Source of the DNA: Anthoceros angustus
Taxonomy: Eukaryota; Plantae; Anthocerotophyta
Assembly: GCA_010909165.1 (NCBI GenBank)
Contig: MU008187.1
Coordinates: 314,247-378,246 of the forward strand
Direction: 5' to 3'
Length of the DNA: 64,000 nt
The notes beneath the pieces were generated by a model that searched no databases, was not told the DNA's origin, and was given only the letters and a program-made list of their open reading frames with translations. This document shows, piece after piece, positions 12,810 through 24,851 of the stretch. How positions within the stretch are numbered: position 1 is the first letter of the stretch; the number at the start of each line of letters is the position of its first letter. The position numbers and the translations under genes are program-made.

Positions 12810-15800
12810 TCTTCGCCAGAGTCTAGACCTTCTCCATTTACCTCCTTCTCCTCGTTACAATCGTCATCGCTTTCATCTTGACATCGAGTGCATGGTTGCG
12901 AGATGGGGACGAAGGGCACTCTTCTCTAATTACTTTCTTATCGATGCATATAGATGTTTCCTTGAGTTCAACTTGAACCCATAATAGGCGATAACTTAGT
13001 TTTGCGAAGATTGTCTGGATGTTTGGAGGTCTTGAGTTTTTTCCCCCTTTTCCTTTCGATGTTGGTGCTTGGTCGCCATTCGTTCTACAGACGTATTCTC
13101 CAACATACTTGCCCTCGTAAGCATCTGTGTGCTCTGTTCTCCACCAATGCACACGTAAGAAAGGGTCTGCAGAGTTCAGGTGCACACTTACAACCTTTGC
13201 AACCCAAAATGCTCTGTTATGAGTGTCTCCCTCGCAAGGAGTGACAATGAACATGCCTTTCTGAATCTCCATGACATCCCCATTCATCCTTGCCACCTCC
13301 TCTTCGCGGCGTTGCAAGCTCTGGTGAGCTCCCAAATACATATCTCTCTGTGGTACTTCTCGGAGTAATGCTTCGTCAAGAATAGCCTCGTCGACGTCGC
13401 GGGACACAAGTACCTCAAAGTCTGTCATACCATTTCCATTCGTTCTGCAAGACTAGTCCAATGTTGTTGTCCACAATAGTTGCGATCTCACTCTGATCCT
13501 TCCAGAATTCAATCCACCACTCCTCTTCATCCGCATTCAAATATGTTGGCAGCTTGAGCAAGCCCTTCCGTAGGTGGTCTACGCCTTCGCATGCAGTGAG
13601 CCCACCTTCACTCCCCTTTTTGTCTTTTGCCTGAAGGGCCATCAATGGTGCAGGTCCAATAACGTATGCAGGCTGTCGTTAGAACTCCAAGCCATCTTGG
13701 TTTCCCACCGTGGAGAATCTGTTTACTTTATGGTTGTAACTTTTCCGCGCTAATCTTCCTTGTAATTTTGAATTGATCTTTGGAGCGAGGTTGTTCAAGC
13801 TTAACAGACTTTAAATTGGTGCCCTGGCTCCTTTATGGCCAGCCACACATATGTTCGAAGTCCGCACGGTGATAACCTTGACCTCTGGGTTTGGTGTGTA
13901 TGCCGTTCTCAATATATCCTCCATAGCCGGAGAATACGAGCCTCCTTGTGCTTGGATGCTTTGAAAACATGAAAACATCGATCCACACAGTCATGCGTGT
14001 GTCCAGAAGAAGCCCACCTTAACCTTTTTGAAAATCTGCAGCTCTACTAGCATATTCAGGTACGCAAATAGCAATTGATTCTTATTCTCCCTGCACGTGT
14101 TGTCAAGCTGCAAATACAATACTGATGGAAGAAGCCCCTCGTAAGTGTGTATGACATCCTGTATGATCGAAATCGTCAGATTTGCGTCATTGTGAAGATT
14201 CGCATAGTGGAGATAAGCTCGCCTTGTGAGTATAATTATGGATCATACAACCCACAACATGAACTGTGATCTTGTTGTCCTCCTTCAAGTCTTTAGGCCA
14301 CCGTAATATGCGGGAGGCGATGTTTTCTTCGTCCATGCCATCAATTGATAATAATATGTATTTATGCTCACTATACCCTTTTGACCGATGCTTGACATTT
14401 TCTTCCTTTCGTTCATAAGACGGACTCGATGGGAGTCTAATGCGCTTGGTAAACATCTGCGTCCAACCACGGTAAGATTGATTAGAGCCAAGCTTGTACA
14501 AAGGCGAACAAATCTACACCGCATCAATGACACCCATGAGATTAACTGCAGAACAATATTGGAAGCCCTGCAAGCATACTGATTAGGCGCCGCGCATGGC
14601 CATTTCACGCGCGAAATATGGAGGCCACTCCTCATGAAACCACTTGTCGGCGATCCGGGAGAATCTGCTGAGAAACATGGAAGGCGGGCCCATGCGAGCG
14701 GATTCACAGCGCGCGCCGTCACCCTTTGGTAGGCAAGGCATACAACCTCATGGGTGGCCGGCATCACCCCACCGCCGATGGAAGGGGCCGGCATGCCGGC
14801 GCCATGCGCCTGATGGAAGGGGCCGGCATGCCGGCGCCCGCGATGGAAGGGGCGGCATCTGCGCCATGCGCCACGATGGAAGGGGCGCGCATGCCGCGCC
14901 ATGCGCCTGATGGAAGGGGCCGCCGCCATGCGCGCCATGCGCCCGATGGAAGGGGCCGCCGGCATGCGCCCATGAGCCCGGTCGGAGCTTTCGTCGCGTA
15001 TATATGCGTGCGCCGGCATGCGCCCATGCGCCCGATGGAAGGCGCGTGTCGGCGTGCGTACACATTCACTATATTATGTACATGGCTTCCTTCTTGCCAC
15101 CAAAGCGGATCACACAAGCACATCCTACATTGGTTGTGAAAGATTGATTGGGGAGACATGAACATGGACCGTACCTTGCTCCAGATTGCTTGATTGTGTC
15201 GAATGTTATACTTGATCCAGTATAAGGAACATGTCGAGAACTGTTGACTTGGGAATTTTCACGCGGAAAATTCATTCCCATAACTGAGGAAATGCATATG
15301 ATATGTACCAAACTGTTTTGTCCATCCCTTGTATTGTGACCAAACTTCATGCTTGGTAAAAGTATCGAGCAAGTTATAGACTTCAACATTCGCAACCTCT
15401 CGGTGAGATGCAAGAAAGTCGCGTCCATCCACTCAATCGCACCAAGGGCGTGCGTGGATTTTTGACATGGGTTTGGCTTGTTCCCGTCCCAAGGAGCATT
15501 ACTCAGGACTTTGGTCTTCAATTCTTCATACCTGGCAGACCCAATGCAATACATGCGTCTGAAGGCTTTCAAACAACATCTTAGTGGTGCTCGGTGCATG
15601 AGAAACGTCGCACCTTCCCCTTTGCACTAGCTTCTTTGTGCGGGCGAACAAGTGCCTCAAGAACCTCTGTTCTCCTCTTCCCGGATCCAAGAATCGTGGC
15701 TCTTCTTGAAAGCGATTCTTTTGGCATAGGGAGGCATAGCCTCGTGCGGCATGGTTTCCGGAATCTTCCACTCTGACAGTTTCACTCTTCCTCGGACATG

Positions 15801-16200
15801 CTCTCGCTTGCAACATACTTCCAGGAGGGGCTGCTTGCATTGTGTCGGCGGTGGCTTTGGGTGAAACGATGGTCTTGTACATGTTCCAAATCCTTCTCCT
15901 TCATTGATATCCATTGTACCGCTATTTCCGTGATGAGATAAGAGTCTGAAATTCCTCGTCATCACCTCTCTTCTCACACATCTTCCGGCATTCCCGTGCG
16001 TGCGGAGAGCCGACTATTGCCGGCGAAGCACCCCTTCATCCCGACCGATCGGTGAACAAGCCCGTGCAGCGCGAGTTACGCTTTCCGGTGCCTCTTGCGG
16101 CCTTTTGGTCGACCAGCGGACTTTTCTCCAATGCGCGATAGAGGTTCACGTTTCGAGTTCGGCACATAGCGGGCATCCGTTGTCTTGATCGTTCTTCTCC
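12810..16200 (-). pseudogene. Sola-like DDD/E transposase, copy 1 (frameshifted, possibly intact in vivo)
   Basis: FSTCSL(C) Cys motif; LSIDGMD (~14340); ITVHVVGCMIHN; LYLQLDNTC-ENKNQ (~14100); GF..GHTHDCVDRCF (~13990). The three acidic motifs match an RNase-H-fold transposase core. Confidence 0.75.
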
Positions 16201-18949
16201 ACCCGGACTGCGAGGCGGAAAAGCGGATGATCGGCAAGCCTTATGATTAAGAAAGTAATGTCCTACCCGATCCCACCATCGTAAACATAACGACACCCAA
16301 GCACAAGACTACAAGACAAAGTCGCGTCAAATAACACTCACTCAAAGGCAATGGCGGAGATGATGGCGGGCATGTTGACATTGCATTCATTGGGTTCATC
16401 GGCTAGTCTTGCATATCAGCTTCTCGCTTCTCATGTCCATCGACCTAAGGAATTGAGGCTTAGAACCTCAAATCGGCATCTTCGCGGATCCCCTGCATCA
16501 GAAATGGAATTGGTGAGGAAGACTTAAGGAAGTAAGGATAGTCCAGGACGCCTGTCCACAAAACAGAGTGCAAACACCTCCGCTTCATCGGTGCTGTGTG
16601 TCGCAGTGAGCATCATTCTCAGCGGTCCCTTCGAAAAGCACAGGAAGAGCACACACAAGCTAGTTCTATAGAATGGCTGAAGATAGCAAATCACTATAAG
16701 GGCATGTCCAGCTTTGTCCACGCCACTCGTTTGGGCGCCACCATGCGGAGAATGGCGGTGCCTTAACTACATCTTCATTGGCGTTCACCATCCTTTGTGC
16801 TACGCAAACGCAGTCATAATCTCATTACACCTAGGGTTTGCAGGAGCCGCTATTGCTATTTTTAAATATCGAATGTTACCAAGAACGCGGATTTGGCGCA
16901 TTTCCACTAGATATGCCATGATGCCAGGACCTAATTAGGGTGCCACGCGTCAGGGCAAGCTGCTCCTCCTTCCCCTCGGTGCCGGAGTGAGCGTAATACA
17001 TGCCTCTCTGTGCACGCCCTGTTGCCTGTTCCGTTTTCGAAGGATTGGTTGGGCGACACCTTGTGGAGCTCGAGCAAGCTGCCTTCAAGCGCAGGATCAC
17101 CATTGGAGGAGACTGTTTGAGCACGCGAGGCATCGGAACGGACGCGGACGTCGACTGTGCAACGGTTGTTGTCATCTCTTGCTGTGTGATTGCGGTTTCT
17201 GTATGTGATTGCGCTGTCTGATTTCTCCATGTCTTTTCAGTTTCTGTGAGAAGACATCATCACGGTCATGGCTAGTGGGAGACGCAGCAAGAAGGACCTG
17301 CAAGATGGGCCTCTGTTGGCCCCAGACCCAGTGGAAAAGCCGCGCAAGCATCGCAAGACAAAACAGAAGAAGAGCGACACTTTGCCGCGAGAAGGTGGAT
17401 CGCATGTGTCAACGGCACCTGGAGGATCACGGAGGCAAAACCAGCGTCAATCGACCATGGTTCGGGAGGAGCCAGTCTCGGAAAGTCGGATCGCTGGGTC
17501 TCGCGAGGCAAGCGGCAAGCGGGTGGGAGGGGACAAAAGCTGGCCAAACCACCTAGGGCAAAAGCTCCAACCATTCCCTTCTCCTTACACATACGAGGAA
17601 TCTGTCATGATCCGGCGTCACAAGCAGTAGAAGAAACTAATCTGTTGGGGAGTGGTTTTAACTAACTGGGAGCGATGCGAGAACGTGTCTGGACTCCAAT
17701 GCTGAAGTTGTGGATGTATGGACACGCGGAGCCTTGCCGAATCGGAGGGCACGAGGCGGGGTGGGTGGTGGGCAACAATTGATATGGAGGAACAGAGCCA
17801 TTCGAGATCCTATGCACGAAGGCCATATGAATTCAACACTCTTCCAGAATAACAAGATTATAGTGTGTTTACTGAGTGAGTGCCAACTTCAATGCCCGCA
17901 AGTGTGAGCCATGAGCCTTGTCTCGAAATTTCGAGAAGCGGTGCTGAGAGTGTGAGTGCTACCAACACAACCTTTTTAGCATCGCTTGTTGTTTCAAAAT
18001 GGGAACGCTTCACCTTGCCATTTCGTTCTCTTGCGATCTGGTTTGGTCATTCAGGAAGCAGTGTCTGAAAACTATGCGAAGCCATTACCTCCTCCATCAA
18101 AACACACAGCGGAGGTTTCATATCGGATAACGCCAAGGACTTGGTGTGTTTGCACAAGGAGAAATGGCATTTGTTGATGACGAAGAGGAGAATGAGTTTG
18201 GGCCATCGGATGAAGAAGATGGGCCGATCCGGATGTTTTGGGACATTCGGATGATGAGGCTTGGGCATGATGGAGAAGGTCGAGGTGGGGAGGTCGATGG
18301 ACCTCCCGGGCGTCAATGGATATGATTTCTATCCCATATATCCCAGTGAGAGGAGAGGAGGAGGCATGCGGCGCCTCTTGTATCCCAAGGTCGGAGACAC
18401 CCTAGCACGTTGGGTGGTGTAGCCCGCAGGAAGAGTGGGCAGCCGAGGCAGGCGGGGTGGGCCGCATGCCGCCGCCCGCTTGGCGGAGGAAGAGTGGACA
18501 GTGAGCAGGCGGGGTGGGCGCCGGCATGCGCCCGCTTGCGGACATGGGAAGGCCGCATGCACGCCCGTAGCAAACATGGAAGGGGCGCGGCATGCGCGCC
18601 CCTCATGGGAAGAAGGGGCGCCGGCATGCGGCGCCGGCATGCGGCGCCTCGGCTGGTCGGAAGAGGCGCCGCATGCCGCCCGGCAGGTGAGGAAGAGGCG
18701 CCGCATGCGCGCCCCTCGTCGACCATTCGAGGAAGAGGCGCCGGCATGCGCCCCTGCGACGATGGTGAAGAAGGGGCGCCGCATGCCGCCCACCCTTCCA
18801 AGGAGGGGTCCATACTCCCGACTCCTCACCACTTCACAAAAGCGGCAGCAAAGGGATGCGGCGGGAGTAGAACACAATCTGGAGTAGTCGAGGGCGCAAA
18901 GTCGGAAGAGGCAAGCCGCACCGGACCATCCGCGAATGAGATTCAAACT

Positions 18950-21900
18950 CTTCATGTGGAAACCGGCGGTGGCGCTTGGCGGCGTCGCATGGAGGAAGAC
19001 TATCGAAGCGTTTGATGCATACTCCAAAAGGTTGTTCCATTGTTTTGGTAAAAGCGGAAAATTTGCGCCGCTTCATTCCCGACCCACGATGCCCGGATCC
19101 GAAAGTTGATGAGGCATGGGCCAATTATCTTGCTCGCGTCATTGCTAAGGGAGGATTGAAGAAGGAGTGCTTCCTCTTCTATGTATGATTGATCCTGCGG
19201 TGAGGACATTGAAACATTGGAATAGGTTTAGGCGAAGAAGTATGTCATGGGCGTATTAGGTGGAAACCATACCTACGCAGCCATGAGGCACCTTGCGGAT
19301 ATCTCACCGGGAAGGCGCGTTTTCAGTGGATCGAAGCCCATGTGTATTGTGGCCTAACTCTCGAGATGAGGATTCGCCACGATCACAACCGGATGGCGGA
19401 CAAGCGAAGAAGATGAATTTTATTGAGCGGTTCGGTATCTCGGATGAGTTGCGAGATAGCTAAGCGGGATCATGTCATCATGTCCATGAACTGAAATTCA
19501 ATCTCTACAAGGTGCTTGGTTTGATTGAAGACGATGAAGGCCGGAAGATGAGCGACAAGCAACAAGGTGGACAATGAGAACCCATATCATGCATTGCAAA
19601 ACTAGAGGGTAAGGTCTGGGAGAATGTGGACAAAATTTTTTCGAAGTGGGAAGCAGGTGAGCTACCCGAGCAGGCGAAGCATGTCGCAGCAGGAACAAGC
19701 AAAAAGAGCAAAGGTAAGCGGAAGGCAACTGACGAGACAAAACAAGTTGATGGAGTTTTGTGAAGCCCAAAGAGATGCAGGGGAAGCCGTGGCGAAGCTT
19801 TCAAGGAATCCCTTGAGAGACAATGATGTTGATAAGTGCCACGGAGAAATCGAGCCTCTTGGACCGAACGGAATGTCGAAGGAAGTTACACTCGGAAGAA
19901 ATTTCACGTCATTCAGGTGGCAATGGCAAAACATCTGGTTGTGACTCATTCGAAATGGTGAGACAAGAATACCCTCAACACTCCTCGGGGTTATTGCAAG
20001 ATTTCAAACCGCATTTGAGGGCAAGGTAACCATATTTCCTTCCATGAAAGGTGATTGTGAGGCGGCCGCGGCCCCTCTCTCCTTCCGTCTCTCACGCTAA
20101 CCCATGATGTTTGCCATTCCATGCAGCAAGTGAAAGATGTTGAGGACCTAAAGAAATTACCTGATGATTTTCAAGCCTTTATTCTCGAGGTCCATACATG
20201 GAAGGGACTTGAAAATGAGCAAAGAGCGCTAGCAGATATGGACATGGAGGAAGGGCTTCAATCGTTCACAGTGCCAAAAACAGAGGACATTGTCAAGTAC
20301 CAGGTCATTTCTAGAGATGCGGCAGATATGAGGGGTTTCTAAGGGTCCGCAGTACACCACGATGGTCATGGACGTACCAAGAGGATTCAACAGGTAAACA
20401 TGATGTGAAGTTAGACCACTTTCAATTGGGAAAAATATTTCACTCGTTCCATGACATGACCTGCAGAGATGAGAATGATAGTGATGCATGGTGTTGAAGA
20501 GCAGCATGTTGTGAGGGAGGCCATGCGAAAGTGGTGCAGGGAGGAGGGTTGGTGTCTTTTGTATGGGACAAAACGAACATGCACGCGACTTGGGTGGGTA
20601 TGACACTATGGAGTACATCACGATAGGATGGGGGTTAACATCGAGAGTCAAAGGTCAAAAATCGCATGATCCCTACTAACATCCATGGGTCTTTCAATAA
20701 TGGGCGGTCATTGGCCACCCTACATGGTGAAGAAGTTGTTGTACATCATTGGACAAGCCGGTGGTGCAGCTTACCAAAGGCCTTTGGCTTTGATGATGAA
20801 GCTCATCAAAAGTTTCTCGAAGGAGGGGGACCGGATTTTGGATGTTTGTCTTTGGTAGCGGGTCAACAACATTGGCAGCTTTGCTCTGCGCGCATTGCAA
20901 TCGAGGTGGACAAGAGGTGCAGAGTTCATTCCCGGAGAATCCATGGGTATGAAGTTCTCCTGCACGAAGAGGAGTTGAATCATGAGCCACATCGTCGAGG
21001 ACCACCCATTGGCAAAAGAGGTTAGTTTGTCCGAGAAGGATGGGTCACGCGGGTTGTGACTCATTCGAAATGGTGAGACAAGAATACCCTCAACACTCCT
21101 CAGACGAAGTTATTGCAAGATTTCAAACCGCATTTGAGGGCAAGGTAACCATATTTCCTTCCATTCTGTGAAAGGCAATTGTGAGGGCGCCGGCCTGCCG
21201 GCGCCCTCTGCTGCCAAGGCCTTCCAGTCTCTCACGCTAACCCATGATGTTTGTCATTCCATGCAGCAAGTGAAAGATGTTGAGGACCTAAAGAAATTAC
21301 CTGATGATTTTCAAGCCTTTATTCTCGAGGTCCATACATGGAAGGGACTTGAAAATGAGCAAAGAGCGCTAGCAGATATGGACATGGAGGAAGGGCTTCA
21401 ATCGTTCACAGTGCCAAAAGCAGAGGACATTGTCAGTACGGTCATTTCTAGAGATGCGCAGATATGAGGGGTTTCTAAGGGTCCGCAAGTACACCATGAT
21501 GGTCATGGACGTTCCCCGAGGATTCAACAAAGGTAAACATGATGTGAAGTTAGACCACTGTCAATTGGGAAAAATATTTCATTCGTTCCACGACATGACC
21601 ATGCAGATGAGAATGATAGTGATGCATGGTGTTGAAGAGCAGCATGTTGTGAGGGAGGCAATGCGAAAGTGGTGCAGAGGAGGAGGGTTGGTGTCTTTTG
21701 TATGGGACAAAATGAATATGCACAACGACTTGGGTGGGTATGACACTATGGAGTACGTCACTATAGGATGGGGGTTAACATCGTCCAAAGGTCAAAAATC
21801 GCATGATCCCTACTAACATCCATGGGTCTTTCAATAATGGGCGGTCATTGGCCACCCTACGATGGTGAAGAAGTTGTTGTACATCATTGGACAAGCTGGT

Positions 21901-22446
21901 GGTGGCTTACCAAAGGCCTTTGGCTTTGATGATGAAGCTCATCAAAAGTTTCTCGAAGGAGGGGGACCGGATTTTGGATGTTTGTCTGGTAGCGGGTCAA
22001 CAACATTGGCGCTTTTGCGGGCGAATCGCATTGCAATCGAGGTGGACAAGAGGTGCGCAGTTCATTCCCGGAGAATCCATGGGTATGAAGTTCTCCGACG
22101 AAGAGGAGTTGAATCATGAGCCACATCGTCGAGGACCACCCGCCTGGGCAAAAGAGGTTAGTTTGTCTGAGAAGGATGGGTCACAGTCGCAGGTTGTGCG
22201 TTTGGCCGCCAGCAGAATGAAGGAGAAGTCCGGCGACCTCCTAGATGGGCGGAGACAGGCGTATGGCAACACGACTCGAACCGGCCCGGAGATGACCATG
22301 CCTCCGAAGACAATGCCATGGAGGAAATTGACAACTTTGAAGACACGGAGCACGCTCGACTGAAAGGACTTGAAGTAGTGATGGATAGCGATGTCTGGAC
22401 AATTTCCTCGGAAACTCAAACAGGCATGGAAGACCATTGTACTTAG
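18950..22446 (+). pseudogene. ParB-like / beta-class N6-adenine/N4-cytosine DNA methyltransferase fusion, copy 1 (MTase domain duplicated at ~20305-20920 and ~21435-22050)
   Basis: VLGGNHTYAAM..DHNRMADKR ParB-like motif; VISRDAADMRGFL..YTMMVMDVPRG (motif IV region); FVWDK; MEY; YQRPLALMMKLIKSFSKEGDRILDVCxGSGSTTLAA..IAIEVD (motifs X, I, II). Confidence 0.8.
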
Positions 22447-22639
22447 GTTCCAGACAATCCTGCTCTCTTATGACATAGACATGTTTGGAACATTATAATA
22501 TGAGGGTAGTCGGCCGTACATCCCCACCCCTTCTTTCCTTCTCGCATAATACATGAAAAAACATTTTGGGGTTCTCCATATCACGTCGTAGTTAAAGTAC
22601 CGTTGCCACGATTGCGGGCGCGGCATGCCGGCGCCGACT

Positions 22640-24510
22640 CATCACTGTAGGGAGTTTGATGTATGCAATGATTGCTACGTCGACATTGCCTTTGCGGTGG
22701 GAGTGGTTAGTTTATGTCAAACCACGGCAAGAAGCATTGGGAGGCGATAAAAGGAGTTATGAGGTATCCGAATGGTACAAAAGCTTTGTGCATATGTTTT
22801 GGTAGTGAAGATGCATGTGTGGTTGGGTACAGATGCGATTATGCAGGATATGGACAAAGGAGGTCCACATCAGTTATGTCTTCATGTGCACTGAGGGTAG
22901 TAGTCGCACGCCCCCACCCCTTCTTTCCTTCTCGCATAATACATGAAAAATGTTTTGGGGTTCTCCATATCACGTCGTAGTTAAAGTACCGTTGCCACGA
23001 TTGCGGGCGCGGCATGCCGGCGCGCTCCTCATCACTGTAGGGAGTTTGATGTATGCAATGATTGCTACGTCGACATTGCCTTTGCGGTGGGAGTGGTTAG
23101 TTTGTCCGAGAAGGATGGGTCACGATCGCAGTTGTGCGTTTGGCCAGAATGAAGGAGAAGTCCGGCGACCTCCTAGATGGCGGGCGCGGTGTCAGATGGC
23201 TAATACTCCGACTCGGGCGCTGAGATGACCATGCCTCCGAAGACAATGCCATGGAGGAAATTGACAACTTTGAAGACATGGAGCACGCTCGACTGAAAGG
23301 ACTTGAAGTAGTCATGGATAGCGTGTCTGGACAATTTCCTCCGGAAACTCAAACCGGCATGGAAGACCATTGTACTTAGGTTCCAGCAATCCTGCTCTCT
23401 TATGACATAGACATGTTTGGAACATTATAATCTGAGGGTAGTCGCCGGCATGCCGGCGCCCTCCCCTACTTTCCTTCTCGCATAATACATGAAAAAGCTG
23501 TTTGGGGTTCTCCATATCACGTCGTAGTTAAAAGGGGCATGGCATGCCGCCACACTCATCAAATGAGGAGTTTGATGTATGCAATGATTGCTACACGTCC
23601 CGACATTGCCTTTCAAAGGAGTGGTGAGTTATGTCAAACCACGGCAAGAAGCATTGGGAGGCGATAAAAGGAGTTATGAGGTATCCGAATGGTACAAAAG
23701 CTTTGTGCATATGTTTTGGTAGTGAAGATGCATGTGTGGTTGGGTACAGATGCGATTATGCAGGATATGGACAAAGGAGGTCCACATCGAGTTATGTCTT
23801 CATGTGCACTGAGGTAGTCGGCCGTACATCCCCACCCCTTCTTTCCTTCTCGCATAATACATGAAAAAACATTTTGGGGTTCTCCATATCACGTCGTAGT
23901 TAAAGTACCGTTGCCACGATTGCGGCATGCCGGCGCGCTCCTCATCACTGTAGGGAGTTTGATGTATGCAATGATTGCTACGTCGACATTGCCTTTGCGG
24001 TGGGAGTGGTTAGTTTATGTCAAACCACGGCAAGAAGCATTGGGAGGCGATAAAAGGAGTTATGAGGTATCCGAATGGTACAAAAGCTTTGTGCATATGT
24101 TTTGGTAGTGAAGATGCATGTGTGGTTGGGTACCACGGATGCGATTATGCAGGATATGGACAAAGGAGGTCCACGAGTTATGTCTTCATGTGGAGGCGAT
24201 CTCATGGCGATCTCGCTTTGCGCGCATTATGCTATCTACCACAGAGGCCGAGTATGTTGCAATCGAGGCTTGCAAGGAAGCCATATGGCTTGCCTGCTTA
24301 GTGGGAGACTTGGGGATCAAGGTTGAGTCGCTGTTGTTGCATTGTGATAGCCAGTGCTATCCAATTGGCAAAGAATCCGATGTTTCATGCGAAGACTAAA
24401 CATGTGGATGTGAAGTATCACTTCATTCGAGAGGTGTTGGAGACAAGAGGGTACAACTTGTCAAGGTTCACACGCCCAGTAACCCCAGATATTCTTACCA
24501 AGGGACTCTA
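22640..24510 (+). pseudogene. Inner Copia RT C-terminus and RNase H (stuttered copies)
   Basis: VGSLMYAMIAT..MSNHGKKHWEAIKGVMRY; LSTTEAEYVA..CKEAIWL..LHCDSQ..AKNPMFHAKTKHVDVKYHFIRE. Confidence 0.9.
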
Positions 24511-24582
24511 CTGAGCAATTTGCACAAGCTCGGACAGCGATGGGCATGAGGTAGTCCATTCTTCAATGGTAAATTGGCCTTT

Positions 24583-24592
24583 AAGTGGGAGG
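24583..24592 (+). promoter_or_regulatory. Polypurine tract of inner Copia
   Basis: AAGTGGGAGG immediately before the 3' LTR. Confidence 0.85.
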
Positions 24593-24593
24593 T

Positions 24594-24851
24594 TGTAAGG
24601 GTATTAAAGCCCAATGTACTTAGACTAATACACTTAGTCTAAGTTAGGTGTCGATTAAGTATCATTAGTTTTAAAGCTAATCACTAGAAGCTTCTTGTGC
24701 TCCTTCCTAGTGGCTTCTTGTGGAGCTTCCTAGGAGTCTGCTTGGAGGCATATAAATACCCTCAGAGCCTCATCTCAATTTGAGAGAGTTACACTTGCCT
24801 CCTCCTCTCCTCTCCTCTTTCCACCATCATGGGCTGCCACACGATCCTTCA
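24594..24851 (+). repeat. 3' LTR of inner Copia (258 bp)
   Basis: Matches 4414-4672 and is followed by the TSD CTCGG. Confidence 0.95.

Larger units (their letters stand above)
12072..22640. mobile_element. Methyltransferase-carrying TIR DNA transposon, copy 1 (right end missing)
   Basis: Starts with the same TIR (ATAATATTTGAAGCGGCTCAATATACAA) as copy 2 and is collinear with it to ~22610. It then joins Copia RT without a right TIR. Confidence 0.85.
4414..24851 (+). mobile_element. Inner Ty1/Copia element nested in the outer protease
   Basis: Paired TG..CA LTRs, 5-bp TSD CTCGG (4409-4413 and 24852-24856), PBS, PPT, gag/PR at 11028-12070, and RT-end/RNase H at 22640-24510. Confidence 0.93.

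Noticed and set aside
14285-15165. Overlapping Arg/Ala/Pro-rich ORFs (also 18313-19027, 28756-29308, 33161-34033)
   Set aside because: They derive from GC-rich GGAAGGGG/GCATGCCGGC repeats, open in all frames and differ between copies. Likely a minisatellite or intron garbled by basecalling, not genes.
18950-22446. Bacterial contamination as the source of the methyltransferase
   Set aside because: The gene lies inside TIRs with a eukaryotic-type transposase, in two copies nested in plant Copia elements, and shows the same CWG error pattern as its flanks.
22440-24200. Alternating patches of transposon 3' end and Copia RT repeated 3-4 times
   Set aside because: A short-period chimeric mosaic typical of consensus stutter at a repeat junction. 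Not treated as a biological array without read support.
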